A stretch of DNA of 63,027 nucleotides, the filler included, from Choristocarpus tenellus KU-1152 (Eukaryota; Protista; Phaeophyceae): NCBI GenBank assembly GCA_964200185.2. It is 12 parts of 12 records of this genome, joined end to end, with 100 filler letters (N's around TTAATTAATTAA, not from the genome) between each part and the next. Parts side by side here need not be neighbours in the genome. Positions count along the whole stretch, not along the records: positions 24,396 to 27,604 come from CAXNAD020021525.1; positions 27,705 to 39,905 come from CAXNAD020001926.1; 10 more parts are not named here. One strand, given 5' to 3'. Both the position numbers and the translations under genes were made by a program. Position 1 is the first letter of the stretch. Every line of letters starts with the position of its first letter. The notes beneath the pieces were generated by a model. It had not been told where the DNA came from. It ran no database searches and was given only the letters and a program-made list of their open reading frames with translations. Positions 24,296 to 37,444 of this stretch are shown here, in pieces.

Positions 24296-27200
24296 NNNNN
24301 NNNNNNNNNNNNNNNNNNNNNNNNNNNNNNNNNNNNNNNTTAATTAATTAANNNNNNNNNNNNNNNNNNNNNNNNNNNNNNNNNNNNNNNNNNNNCATAG
24401 TATGCTCCATCCTCAATTTTTTTTTTTTTTTGCTCACTGGAATGTCCCTCACAACTATCCATCACTACTGACTGAGACGGTACTGTACAAGTGTTCCTTG
24501 TTTGTCCCTAGTCTCTGCCTAGGTACACACAACTATTAATATTATCAGTAGTACCACCAACGCCACGGGGTAGTTCACAACCGCTCATAGAAATTTGTAA
24601 ACAAGCTTGGATGAGAGTCAATTTTAGGGCTACTATTGTGAGGTACCATGACTCGCCCCCCAACCATTGTATACAGAAGGAGGTAGAAATGAGGACAAGG
24701 TGCAGCGTCTGAAAGGAAGATTTTCATTAACTTCGTTTGGAAGCCAATGTGGAGGCACATGCTGTGTGGCTGAGACCTCTCGCAGGAAGGCCCACATTCT
24801 TGAAGAAAGGCCTCAACCAGTGGATTCGTGTATAATACAGTCTCAGTCATCCTATATTTTGTGAAAGGCAATAATTTCAGCATCCTACAAACACAGGCAT
24901 TATATAGTGTACCAGTGTTGTAGACCTCTTGGGGAAAAAAAGGCTGAATATAGATCATGTGGCGTTGTTGAATGTTATGAATTGACAGATTATTTTCTTC
25001 AATATTTCAAGTCTGACGAGGACCATCCCAACCCATCATACTACACACCGCCCTACTTCTCATCATGTTATGTCTTAGCCCATTCAAAGCGGTGATCTAC
25101 AACCTCAATTCATTGGAATGTACGGGTGGGTTCAAATCCAGTCGGGGTCAGATTTTTTTGTGAGGGAAATCTGGTTTCTTCTTCGATGAACCACCAATGC
25201 ACCAAGCACGACAACAACACACAGAAGGCACACATAGCCGTACCCACCTATCTGTCAGTGACTCACTAGAACCAACCGCAATAAAGAGCAAAAAGTATGA
25301 CTAAATGAATTGTGCCGGCAAGACTTCATTGCATGTGAGCGAGGATTTGAGGGAGAGAGCAGAGTGACAAGTGGTGTGATGGCTGAACCCAATACACGAG
25401 AAAAATGTAAGGCAAGCACGGGGCCTGCAAGTAGTCATAGTGCAACGAATAATGGTTTGTTGATCATAGGCTACGAGAAGTTGTGCAGTGTGTATAAACC
25501 TCTCTCTTGATCACATGAGTATAACATTGGGTGCAAGATGGACACACATGTTTAATAGCAAGCAGTACGACTAAAAACAATTTTTAAAAAGCACTACAAT
25601 GATTGGAGAACAAAAACTGAAGAAATTGTACTCTACATATTAGTACCTCAACATCATACACACTATTTTGGAATGCAACTGACTGTCCAGGAAGTCAAGA
25701 TAACGGTAGTAGTAAGAGGCTACACATTGCTTCCTAGTAAATCACTCCGTAGTTACATCATTGTAAGCAAGTTGATACAGTATCATCGCGACAACTGTCA
25801 AAGGGCGTGCAAATCTTCCAGAAACAACTACTGGTAGTGTGCATCAAGATGAAACCAAGACATAATTTGAATTTACCCTCGAAATCATAATCAATGCTAC
25901 TGTTGTCTGACAGCATTGGTACACAATATCTTATCGCCAAAGTTTTGAATGAGGTCAACAGGAAGTGTGAATACTTTTGACACAACTCTTAGCCCATAAC
26001 AACCGAGAAAGTTGGGATTTTGCTGTCTAGTATCATGTACCTCTAGACACAGTGAAACCATAGTCGTGCTCAAAGTGGTGATATCAATGAAAAAGAAAGA
26101 GCAATAGATCTTTGCGTAATATAACCCTGTAGAGCTAATACTTGGTCAGCATCAGGCAGCAGAAGGTCTTGGACAAGTAAGCTGTTGGAAAATATCTTAT
26201 ATTAAAAAAAGAGTGTGGGAATGATGCACCAAACAGAGCATAGCACAACTGCCAACAAAGCCTTCCATTGCACACAACACGGGGCGGGGGGGGTCTAAAC
26301 AAGGCCACAAGGGTGATACATACATCCATCCACATATATAAAACTATCATAACTCCCCCTCTTCCACAGACAGGCACACACTCATAGAGCACCTCTTGAA
26401 GTGAAATAATTGGCTGAGTACATGTATAACATGGGGTTGCATAACAACCAGACAAGGCATAGTACGACCAATCAAACTTTGTTCATTATACTTAACGAGC
26501 CAATCATACAGAAGGGCACTTATTGCACTCGTTCTTGCTTCAAGGCACACAATACAACACATCACAATAATATCCAAACACAGCTACCCTAGCTCTGCCC
26601 TCCCAAACGCCATCCCTTCCACCTACTGCTCTTTACAAGGTCAATGCAAACACACACATAACCAACAACAGAATATTCAACAAACCTCCAAACGTGCTGT
26701 ATCCACAGGACAGCGATGGAGGAATTAAATATGAAACGGACGCACGATGCCATTATCAGAGACAAAGAAAAAAATGCCATTCAGCTCCATGCCACAATAG
26801 CTAGCCCTGCCTCATTTACCTACATCGGATCGCGCCGGAGAATGCCTCCAAGCTCGCTGCAAACAAAAAAACCCTTTGAAAGTAGAAGTATAACATACTT
26901 AGTGTTGAAAACGCTCAGCGGTGTCTTGTCTATGGGACAGTACATGATAACAGCATCATCAATATGTTTTCCATTGCATTAACAGATGTATTCCCCCATA
27001 CACTCCCATCATACTTGCTACATACTATATAGCCAACCACTGCTTCTTATTATTCATGGAAGCAATCAATTCGCCAATTGATTGCTTCCCAATTTTTTGG
27101 CCATTAACCAACAGTAAAACCTCAACGCTTCGAACTGGGATGACTGCTTCTATAGCAGGACAAGACATGATCCGTGAAAGACAACATCTATCAAAAAGAA

Positions 27201-27704
27201 CGACCATAAACCATAATAATAGCACAGAGCACAACTCAGCTCAGATCAGCTCCCTCTGCCTTTGGTCCAAGATTTGGAAGGTTGCTACAATCCACCACAG
27301 AATAGAAACCACCATCCCCAACATGTATCCCAAGGATTACCATATAAAAAGGTAGACTTTTCGTCACAGCAGCAAGAGCAGCCAGCAGGGAGCAGGCAGC
27401 ACTAGCGTGAACTGAAATGATCCCCCCACCCCCTCCAAAACCATCCCCATGGGGAGGAAAAAACTTGACTATGGATGAGGTTCGAGCAAGAGGGGAGGGA
27501 TAATACTCATGGTATGAGGCAGAATCAATCATAGCGCCACAGGGTTCGATTGCTTGACATGAGCTCGCTGCCGTTGCATCCATGAACCACCCCCTGCCCC
27601 CACCNNNNNNNNNNNNNNNNNNNNNNNNNNNNNNNNNNNNNNNNNNNNTTAATTAATTAANNNNNNNNNNNNNNNNNNNNNNNNNNNNNNNNNNNNNNNN
27701 NNNN

Positions 27705-28747
27705 CCCGCTCCTGAAGTCCCTCTACCCGTCACCGCCTGGCCAGTTGCTGCACCTGGACACCCACAGGTTGCAAACTGAATGTATCCTAATGGGTGAATG
27801 TGATATCTATGTGTCTCTGTGCAAATCATTTTTCTCTTACTAAAGATAATGTGATCCCTCACCCCTCAATATATTGCTTTGTTATTCATCCATCATGGCA
27901 TGAGGCAGGTGCCTGGCCATGGTATGCCTGGCTGGAATGGGGGGAACTATGGGGGGATGGGTACAGCAGGCCCTGCAGCTTCTGGCCAACAAGGTGGTTA
28001 CAGGGGGCCAGAGCATGGGGTGAGGCCAGACACGCCTCCTCCGGAGTACTCTGTGCATGACCCCAAGTATGATATCCCTTCACCTCCCAGGACCCAGCCT
28101 TCGTTTCGAATGACTGATGTGGGGAATATTCCAGCTGCCCCTGGGTGAGGATCTATGAATTTACTAAAGTCTCTCTTGATGGTGAAGGAGTTGTTGCCTT
28201 TGTTACACAAGGCAACTAGCAGTTGTCAGATATTTCGAGAAGGACAGATGGTCAGGGAAGGAGAAGATGTTAGAAGGGGAGGGTGGGGCAAGTGTACTGC
28301 TGATAAAAGTTTGCGGGAAATGTGGTGTGGGTCAGGGGCAGGTTATTTTGCTTGAAGAGGTTGAACAAAAGCCCATTCCTTTCTTATAGAAGAGGAGGAA
28401 CCCAAGGGGAGTTGGTGTCATTCAGGGCCTCAGACCCCTCCCCCAAGGGCTTTGAGCTTTGGTATTGCCAACTGGTGGTTTGTAGTCCTGATTCGCCCGA
28501 TTTCATTTCTAACTGTGGCCCCCCAATCCTTTGGAACTCCCCTGCACCACCCCTTTGCATGCTGTATTTCAATCACAGGCATGAGGACACTCCCCCACGT
28601 TCAGGAGGTGGGATGGGTTACAGACCACCTGGGAGATTTAATGGTGCAATTGGGGGCGTAGGTGGTGTTGGCGATGGAGGTCACGGTGGGGGTGGAGAAC
28701 AGGCTGAAGACCTTGCAGCTAGACTGGAGAGACTCCGTAACGGATAA
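27705..28747 (+). CDS. 3' part of an IST1-like / ESCRT-III-associated protein. Exons <27705-27767, 27909-28144, 28579-28747
   Basis: Phase-compatible exons encode a Pro/Gly-rich tail (PPPEY, DIPSPP, NIPAAP) ending in EDLAARLERLRNG*, a MIM1-type motif as found in IST1/CHMP proteins. Confidence 0.65.
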
Positions 28748-31399
28748 TGGGGGAGTACTGGTTGCCATGGTTAGAAAAAGGCATTTAGAGGGAAGATCAG
28801 GACAGGTATTGTGTACAAGAGGGGAGAGCTGTGTAATATTTTATGGGCATGTTGTGCATTGGGTGGTGAAGCCTTGGGTCATGCTGACTCCTCCAGAATG
28901 CTTTTTAATCCTGTGTGGTTTGTGTGTCAAGCAGAAGTGCTTTTCGCTAAGAGCTGTGCAGCTGTGTTGATTGCATAGTGTTCCACTAAGTTCCTCTGAC
29001 ATCTGATGGGACTTGATATGCCGTGTGGGATGTGGACCGGAGTGTACAAAGTCTTGAAACACACACTTACGGACATTGTGTTTGTGCATGTGTGTGTTTA
29101 TGTGTGTTGTTCTTGTAAGGGGGAGATATTTATGTTGCGTGATCATTTGTACTTCCCCTCTGTATAGTTGCCCGTTTATGAATTGATGCAGATTGAGGTG
29201 TACCCTTTCAATGTTTCTTGACCAGTGGGGGGGCTTTTGCATCGCAAGCACTGTATATCAGGATGCAGTCAGTGTATTAGTATTTTATTAGTTAATGGTC
29301 AACCAAATCACGTCCATTAAAATTCGAATTCCCCACTCAGGCGTGTTGTACCTGATACAGCCTGAATCAATGCATCCAGTCAAGCCAAGGAGGACATGAA
29401 GAAGTATAGTTTTAAGGTTCTTTTGGTAGTCATATTTGCTGTTCACTAACAGGACACGTACAGCTCTGCTCTTGGGAGCAGTTGCTTGCACTCGACCCTT
29501 CAGCTACTCTTCTAGGGGGTTTTTGTATTTATATTGTAACTTTCACGTGAAATGTTGATGTTTAGAAGGCACTTGCTATGTTGTTTGACATTGTTTTAAG
29601 TTACCCACGGTTGTATGACACGTGCCACACGCAATTTGTGATGTGTGATCACTATACCTTCCAGGCAGTGTGTATCACATGGCAGACCCTGAAGGAGACT
29701 TAACAATAGCTGGTAGAGAGCAAAGAACCATAGAAGGGCCGGGTGAAGGATGTTTGGCTAAACTTGTGAAGCCGTGATCTGTTGCTGTTTCATTGATCTA
29801 GGTGCTGATGTAGTGTCATTGCATTGAGATGGTCTGCATGTAAGATGTGAGTGAATGGTGATGCTTGTTGGCCATGTTTTGTGCAGGTTTGTGATTTCCT
29901 GGCATGTATACATCCTCCATTCTTGTGTTTTGAACAGGCAGAAACTGTAACACAATTAGAACTACAGTTGTAGTGGAAATCCATTGTAATGCATTCTTGT
30001 GGTGATGTGTGGGAACCTTATGAAGGAGATGTACATATTAGACTGGCGTTGATGACCACGCTATGAACAGAAAAAGGCACTGTTGTGAATCGAAAGAATT
30101 TATGAGCGGTAACTTGTATCGACTCTGATTGAGAGACAGGAGTAGTCAAGCCCCGCCAGCGTAGCGACCGTTTGCGTGAAAATAATCCGTTGGAAGTCTC
30201 CCCTAATAGTTTCGACTAATCGTGGATCAACTCGACAGTATTCCAGAAGGTAAGTTGTAGTTCTGTGTGTGACACTGTACTACTGCACAGTTTCCGTATT
30301 TATTTATAGAAGTGCTTAATGTATTAGGAAATCTAAGAGCAACATTTTCACAACCTGATGAGACATTTTACTACTTCATCTTCCTAACCTCTACCACTAA
30401 TATCTCGTATAGTGTTGACTGTGTTATTATTGTAGGAAGTGAAAATCGCTTTTTCTAATGTATAAAGTCTGTAGTACCACAATACTACAAGCTACTCAGA
30501 GTATTGTGTTCAGATCCAAATCAGCCTTTCCTGCTCAGCAGGACTACTTAGATCGATCTAGTCCGCAGCTTCAGAGCAAGCAAATCCCCTCAAGATGCAT
30601 CAATCAACTTCTTCTGCCGCAAATGACACCCAAAACTTTTATTTTGTACAAATTACGTGATAGAATATCAAAGTACCAACACGTAAATAAATGCTGCTGT
30701 GAGTAATACAGAATTTTCAAGCTCTAGCTTCTTTGGGGCAGGGTGATTGTTGTCTAAACAAAGTACACACGTAAAAGAAAGGCTTTCGAAGAGGTTTATT
30801 CTATTTGTTGTGGAGCAAGGAGCTCTACCAAACACTTGACGATCAGGAGGTGAGCTCTACATATTGATGTTCGAACATATGTACTAGTTGTGGTGGAGTT
30901 CTGTTCTTTGTTGTATCTAATGATGTACCTGTCTCCATTCTGAAGATGTCATTGACGAGAAGGGATGGGGTGGGCTTGGGATTGTTGCTCAAGACGTTCC
31001 AGCAAGGAAGAAAGAATACTTTAGATCGCCCCTCACAGTACCCACTCAAAACTTTGCGGAGTACATACACTCATCAACTCACCGCACTAATTCTTTCTCT
31101 CACGTCAAAATGAATAGACTTTGCTTTGTTCAGCCTTAGTTGCCCTGGATATTAACGTCAAGTAAATGCGGCTATCAGTTTAGAGTCATCCTAACTTAGA
31201 GGGGGGTCAATTGGTGGACCCTTTTGTGTACTTTGGGATTTTTAAAACCTTCTGCCTGACGCCTCATTTACATGCCTAAAACCTAGGTGACCCATTTTGG
31301 AGAATGTGTGTAGTTGTAAAAGGAAAATATTAATATTTGTTCACATCGTCAGCACAAAATATAAACATCCACAGTGCTAGGACCTCATATACGAGAAGG

Positions 31400-34200
31400 C
31401 CGTCACAGGGCCCCCAAACACTCAACTCCCCTCTCTATGATACCATGACCCTTGCTTCCTGATAGTCAACTCACTTGCCAGGAAATGAGGCCACTTTAGT
31501 TTGAGATGCTTGTCTTCAAGCTCCCAACAGAAAGCCCCTATCCCCCCAGGAAGGAAATTAATTGTGGCAGTCAAGGGAGAAGGCAACAGAGAAGTAGTCC
31601 AGGGGATAGCAGTACTGACATCCAGTAAAGTGAGAATTCATCAATGCTTTCCTTATCGTGACCTTCACATGTGCAAATAGCAATTCCCACCCTAGGCCCT
31701 TACGGCCTTCACCCCAGCCACACCCACTAGGCCATCACCACAGATATTGGTCATGAATGTGTGCCCAGGATCATCGCTGAGCTCTGGGAAGTGATCTATA
31801 CATCGTTGGATTCCCCCTCTAAGATACTTGGACTCAAACCCGTGGGAAGTCAAGCCCCTAAAGAACAAACAGGGCAAAACTCCTACCCTCTAAAATATAC
31901 TTTGGGTTCCATACACCCTCTGACTAGCATCAATATTTGGACTAGAAACTGGGGAGCACAAGATGGCAATTTATTTGACATTGGTGTTTCCAATGGCGTG
32001 GAGTGAACCCTACAGGACATTCACCTAGGCATGAGTTTGGGAAATGGGTCTTGAGTCTAGATGGGAAGAATGTATTCAACAGTGCGCGTTGCTGTGCCTT
32101 TATGGAGACCCTCCCAAAGGTCCTTCTGGGGCTCCTCCCATAAATGACAAAGGTCGATGGGGGGACTCGTTAGAGTCGCTCTTCCCTGTCAATGAAGGGA
32201 GGGTGAAAATCCTACTGTCCAGATCGGGAGTACAAGAGGTTGAGTCACTAGGCCCCATCCTGTTCTGTTTTGCCACCACCAAGGCGCTGAAGGGCCCTCA
32301 GACAACTTTTGGTCCCTAGGGGGTTCTCATCTCGCAGTTATTTGGGATTAATAATTTATCTCCACCTGAAGGATTGATGCTACAGACATAGGAGCATTCC
32401 AACAGCTCAAGGCGAATCTGCGGAGGTTAGGTTTGTTGTAAATTTAGAAAAGGCGTGCATGTCACCTCCTCAGGGTTACCAGGTTTGCAATCAGAGCTGG
32501 CTCTCCAGGCCTCAGCTGGCATCCGGCCTTGCCCCTGGCGCCAATGGTTTATTGCCTTGAGGGGTACTTGTAAAGCAAAGATGCTTCTCATCCAAGGCCA
32601 TATGGCAGGAGTAGTGGAAAGCTCTGAGTCACGAAACCTATCCACTCTCAGTGATTTTGTTGTCCAATGTCTGGTCCCTCTCTCCCTGTCTGGGCTACAT
32701 GGTGCAGGTCTCCCCACCATGACCAGCAAATTTCACCATAATAGGTGGACAACTCTTCTTTGCAGGCACTGAAGAGGATGATGGGGGTGGCAGACTTGAC
32801 TAAGGCAACGAAATACTTTGAAGGAGGGTGTGAAAGTAGGACTCTATACTTGGAGACACCACAGCAGGCCCAAGCTCATATGCCAACCTGTACAGGAGAT
32901 TAGATCTGTCCTCTACTATAAACACCAACATCCAGTATTTGTAGGACCAGAATTAAGCACCCTTTCCACCCTTCTAGCAAGGACAACAACGTGTTAATGG
33001 TGAGGAATTTGATGCGACCATCTGCTCCAGTCCAACAGCAGGTCAGCCTCTGGGAGCATCGATCCATGCATTTATAAGACCTGTTTGCACAACTTCCCAC
33101 TGAGAACCTGCAGGCGAAGATCATCGGCCAAGGCCGGGTAGGCTGGATGGAGTGCTACATTACCTCCAGCACAAGTTTCAGAAGTCAACACCCGGAGAGC
33201 ACATGATGCAAGAGGGACGCCAAGACGGACCCGACATGAGATCATCAGCGTCCACAATGGGCTCTGCTTGGATGCGTTCCACACTCAGCTGACAACCTTC
33301 CTGTGGACAACTACTCAACCCTTCAAACAAGCTAGGCCGATCCCACCCCCAGATTCTGAATTACAGTGAACTGGTTATTGGGGGTAGAGGAGGCACTGTC
33401 CAACTACTGACTAGTGGTTGGATGCAAAAGACGCGTGGATACTGAGCATACACACAACACTTGGCCTAGCACTGGGGGAGGAGAAGTGTCGCAGCACACA
33501 TCAATCAATGGTCAGGCAACTGGGCAATGTCTGCAGACCCGTGGATGGGCATCCCTTCTACCTTGGAGGATGGGAGTGCCTTCACCGTTGACAGGAAATA
33601 TCTGTTACGGATGTGGTATTCATGTTGGGGTAATATCCAACGCAGCTACTACTGCTGGTCCCTACTTGCAAAAAAGTCTCCTCCTAGATGTGACCTTCAT
33701 GGAAGTCAGTCCAAGTGGACAGCCACATTCAAGACGTTTCAATGAAAAAAAGAACACCTGGTCCTACAGTTGATGCCTCGAAGCGCAACTACCTCAAGGA
33801 ACCTTTTCACACTTCATTGTCGTTTTTCAACATATTTGTAAGCAGTAGCAATATTTGATCTGGCATCTCTGTACGAAAGCAGAGCAGTTCCTGGATGAGC
33901 TAGCTTGAGACTCGTGTAGTGGGCAGTAGGGGGCAGGCTAGCCGTTTAAGCTGGAAAGGAGAGGAATAGGCACACCTGCGACAGATTATGTCCACCACAG
34001 GACAGCATATCATTTAGCGATTTCAAGGCGCATATCATCACGGATTTTCAGCTAAAGACACCACACAAACTGTTGGGCAGGCTGGGACTCGACAGACTTG
34101 TGGGACTCTTCCTTTGTCTCTAGAATACCACTTTTAGGAGTAGTTTCACAGCTGTGAGTGTCACGGTTGGTTTATAAGGTATTCGCCGTACGCAATACGG
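31400..34200 (+). mobile_element. Decayed CRE-type non-LTR retrotransposon (RT plus restriction-like endonuclease)
   Basis: Frameshifted RT motifs in order: GVSNGVE, WVLSLDGKNVFNS (~32045), SRSGVQEVESLGPILFCF (GVQQGDPLGP-like, ~32220), LSLSGLHGAGLP. Then an RLE region: GIPSTLEDGSAFTVDRKYLLRM...KSLLLDVTF...EAQ. Boundaries approximate. Confidence 0.75.
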
Positions 34201-34736
34201 ACTTCTGGCAGCAGTGTTGGTTGTACATTGCCTTCTTTATATATATTGCTTCTTGTTCCCTACATGATCACATCTGCAAAACATCAGTTAGTATGGTATG
34301 TACTCGAGAGCATATAAATTCACATTATTTTTTGTATACACCCAACACCCATCATCACCATCTTCCCAAGGAAGAAGAGTTTGATTCGCTTTGTACTGCA
34401 GAGTATATATATTCACATCATTCTTTGTATACGCCGGACATCACCACCTCCTCGAGGAAGAAGAGTTATGTTCACTTCTGTCTTCTATGTTCAAGGTTGT
34501 GAGAGTGTAGCACGTGGCGAAAAGCCGGATCTAGATTTCGAACTCCTCCACGCCAAAACCATTGCACTTCATTGCTGCACTCTCTGAACCTTACCAGAGA
34601 AAAGTTGCCAACGCCATACAGCTATCCCTAGACCCCGACACGGTACATTTTCTGCCTTCTTAGATTTCGACATCTCCAGTAAACTGTTGCTGGTGTTGAT
34701 ACCTCTTTCACAAGGCCTCCAAACCCGCAAGTGATC

Positions 34737-37444
34737 ATGAAGGGTGGGATTAAGGTTGCAGTTCTAATGTGGGCATCATGCAAGGCCAACGCCTTTGCAC
34801 CGTCATTTTCTGGGAGTCCACTATCTAGGTAAGTAGTTCTGGTGATGATGTTTAGTTCCTTCGTGTTCTCGCTTATTCAAACTGTCATGGTGGAATAAGG
34901 ACCTTACTCAACCATCGTGCCCCATTCACCTCAGCTCCTTGCAGGACTGCAAAGGAGTAGAGGACCCACAACCTTACTTCCCCGTACGTTGCAAACATTT
35001 CTATTGTCCACATGTATTGTGGCGTTTTCGGGAGATGCGTCGCCGTTACCTCAGTTGCTTTTCAGTACTGGAGATGACCAAAGTGATTGATTCTCGTTAT
35101 GTGCATGTTTCTCGGACAGGACGATCAGCCGCAGGTCAGTTACAGCTCCTATCATGGCAATACCACTGGAGCTTGAGGGCCAGCTTGATGGAACCAAGTC
35201 ATGGGAAGTCGAGGTAAGGACCGATGATGCCTTCTGCTTTGGTACAATGAGGAGAAATATGTGTAGCATGATATCGATCGATATCGAAACAAATGTGTTG
35301 TGTACTGAAGTAGTTGCCGAGTACTTCAATTTTACCCATAGCTTATGCCGATCATTGGTCAACTCACGGTGACCTCCCCTATGCCATCCCCAACCTATAA
35401 CCCTCTCTTCGTGTACCCCTTTTGCAGCTGGAGATGGACGGCGTAACAAAGAAAGTGACCGTGCCAGAGGGCACATCCATCCTAGAGGCAGCTGAGATGG
35501 TAAGAAAACCAGGACATCTCCTTTGGACAGCATAAAACGCAACTACCGTTTCGTTGGTATTAAAGCTTATAGTACACGGCCATCCTAGTAGATGCCCTGG
35601 AAAGTGGGCAATCTGACTGGAGTCGAGTTGCACTCAAGGAATGCACGAGGATGTGCTGTATGAAATGAGCCTCAGGTTCTCTTGCACTAGTGTGCACAAA
35701 ATGCCAGGAACATCCTATTGATCTCTTCACTTTCAAAAGCAGCCAGATTTTGCTTCTTGTGTTTCTGTGGGAAGGGCAATGTCAGAGGGGACAAGGAGTT
35801 GTGAGATGGTCTGACCACTTGAACAGACCAAGTGATGATCATGAGTGTGTGCTGGGGATGCTGGCCTAGGACACAGAAAAGACATTGCAACACCTTGCTA
35901 TGGCAAAATTGACAAATCCTCAATACCGAGCACCCCCCTCTCCCTACTCCTGTTTACACCTCACTATATTCTTTGCCCATTGGGTTATCTCCATGTGGCA
36001 ACTATTACCTCATGATTCCATCCCTGTGGGTGCCCCACTCTGGACAGGATAATGGTATATATATATCTGTATCTTTTTGGCCAGCATAAGGTGTACAAAT
36101 CACTAAGAACTCCATGTATTTGTTACCATTGCGAAGTTACACGGTAGGCAAGCAAGTCACCCACAACTATCATTTGAGGTATTTTCAAGTTGTCACCAAC
36201 GGCCTTCACTCTAGAAGATTAACGTTTTCAAAATCCCACCACCATTGACGGGCCTAAATAAAATTTGGGATTTTTTCCAACAGTTCTCAACTTGCCACCC
36301 CCCCCCCCCCAGTGCTTCAGTGCACTGCCAAAATATGCTCTCTCTCTCTCACACCTCTCCTCCTTCCATGTGCTCCATTTTTGCGTGTTGTTCTTGTTAC
36401 GCTGACTACACCTCGAACCTTCCGGTGTGTGTGTGTGTGTGTTTTTTTGTTTTTTTTACGGCATGGGGTGTTCACTTCAACGATGCCAATTGGTTACAAA
36501 ACAGGTTTACGATGACCCTCCCAACTCGTGCCGCAATGGAGTCTGCACAACCTGTGCCGGCCTGATACAGGCAGGCACAGAAGGCGTGGGGGGGGACTTC
36601 ATCATCGCAGTCCATGCCCTTGGTCAGGAACAGCGGGATGAGGTGAGATGAATCCCGACGCGGCAAGGCAAAAGGCCAGATAAAAACAAAACGTAATGGA
36701 TTTCAAACCTGGCTCCTCCCTCGGCACTCTTCTTGGAACGTCTCGCTCCTTTCCTGTAGCTTCTCTTACGCCGTCCAACAATCCGTGAGTGCTGGAGATG
36801 TTAAAACGTGGAGATATTGATAAATGAAAAAAAATAATATTCAATACATTTTACAGCAGTAATTGTGTAAAAAAATACAATGATTGTATAGCTGGGAGTT
36901 GTAAACTTACCTACTGCAGGAGCGCAACTGTCCTGAACAATATTAACAGAACCCCCCCTCCCTTCCGCCACGCCCAGCCTGTTTGTACCTTTAAAAAAAA
37001 AATCTTATGACATGTACACGGTGTTGTCAATGCAGTAGCAGCTTAGACATTGATTGTCTGACACCATAAACATCAGCCCCCTCACATTCAGAAGATGGAG
37101 ATATTTTAATTGCCTCCGTTGATTTTGTGTGTACATATGTGGAGGGGTTATTGATTTTTCCTTTTGCTAGTCAACCGGCCACTTCCCCCCTAGCCCACAA
37201 AAATGTCCCTGAATATTTCGTCATACACTTCATCTATCTGGATCATCATTCCCGCCTTTTTCTGTGTTCTCTCTCTCTCTCTCTCCACCAGGGCTACACA
37301 CTTACTTGCCAGACTTACCCCTGTGGTCCAGGGCTCAAGGTACTCCTTAACCAATACGATACTGTCTATGGCAAGCAGTATGGTAAGTTTGAGGTGATGG
37401 AGAAGAAGAAATCAGAGCCCAAGAAAATGTTTGGCATTTTCTGA
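34737..37444 (+). CDS. Nucleus-encoded plastid-targeted [2Fe-2S] plant-type ferredoxin with C-terminal extension, complete. Exons 34737-34828, 35120-35213, 35428-35499, 36505-36642, 37292-37444
   Basis: MKGGIKVAVLMWASCKANA-FAPSF (heterokont ASAFAP-like signal cleavage site) and an Arg/Ser-rich transit peptide, then VTVPEGTSILEAAEM|VYDDPPNSCRNGVCTTCAG...GYTLTCQTYP (CX4CX2C...C). All introns are GT-AG and phase-compatible. Confidence 0.92.

Noticed and set aside
24575-27583. ORFs in contig 6 (24575-24958, 25758-25985, 27236-27583)
   Set aside because: No motifs or consistent splice structure; probably UTR, intergenic DNA or unrecognisable TE debris.
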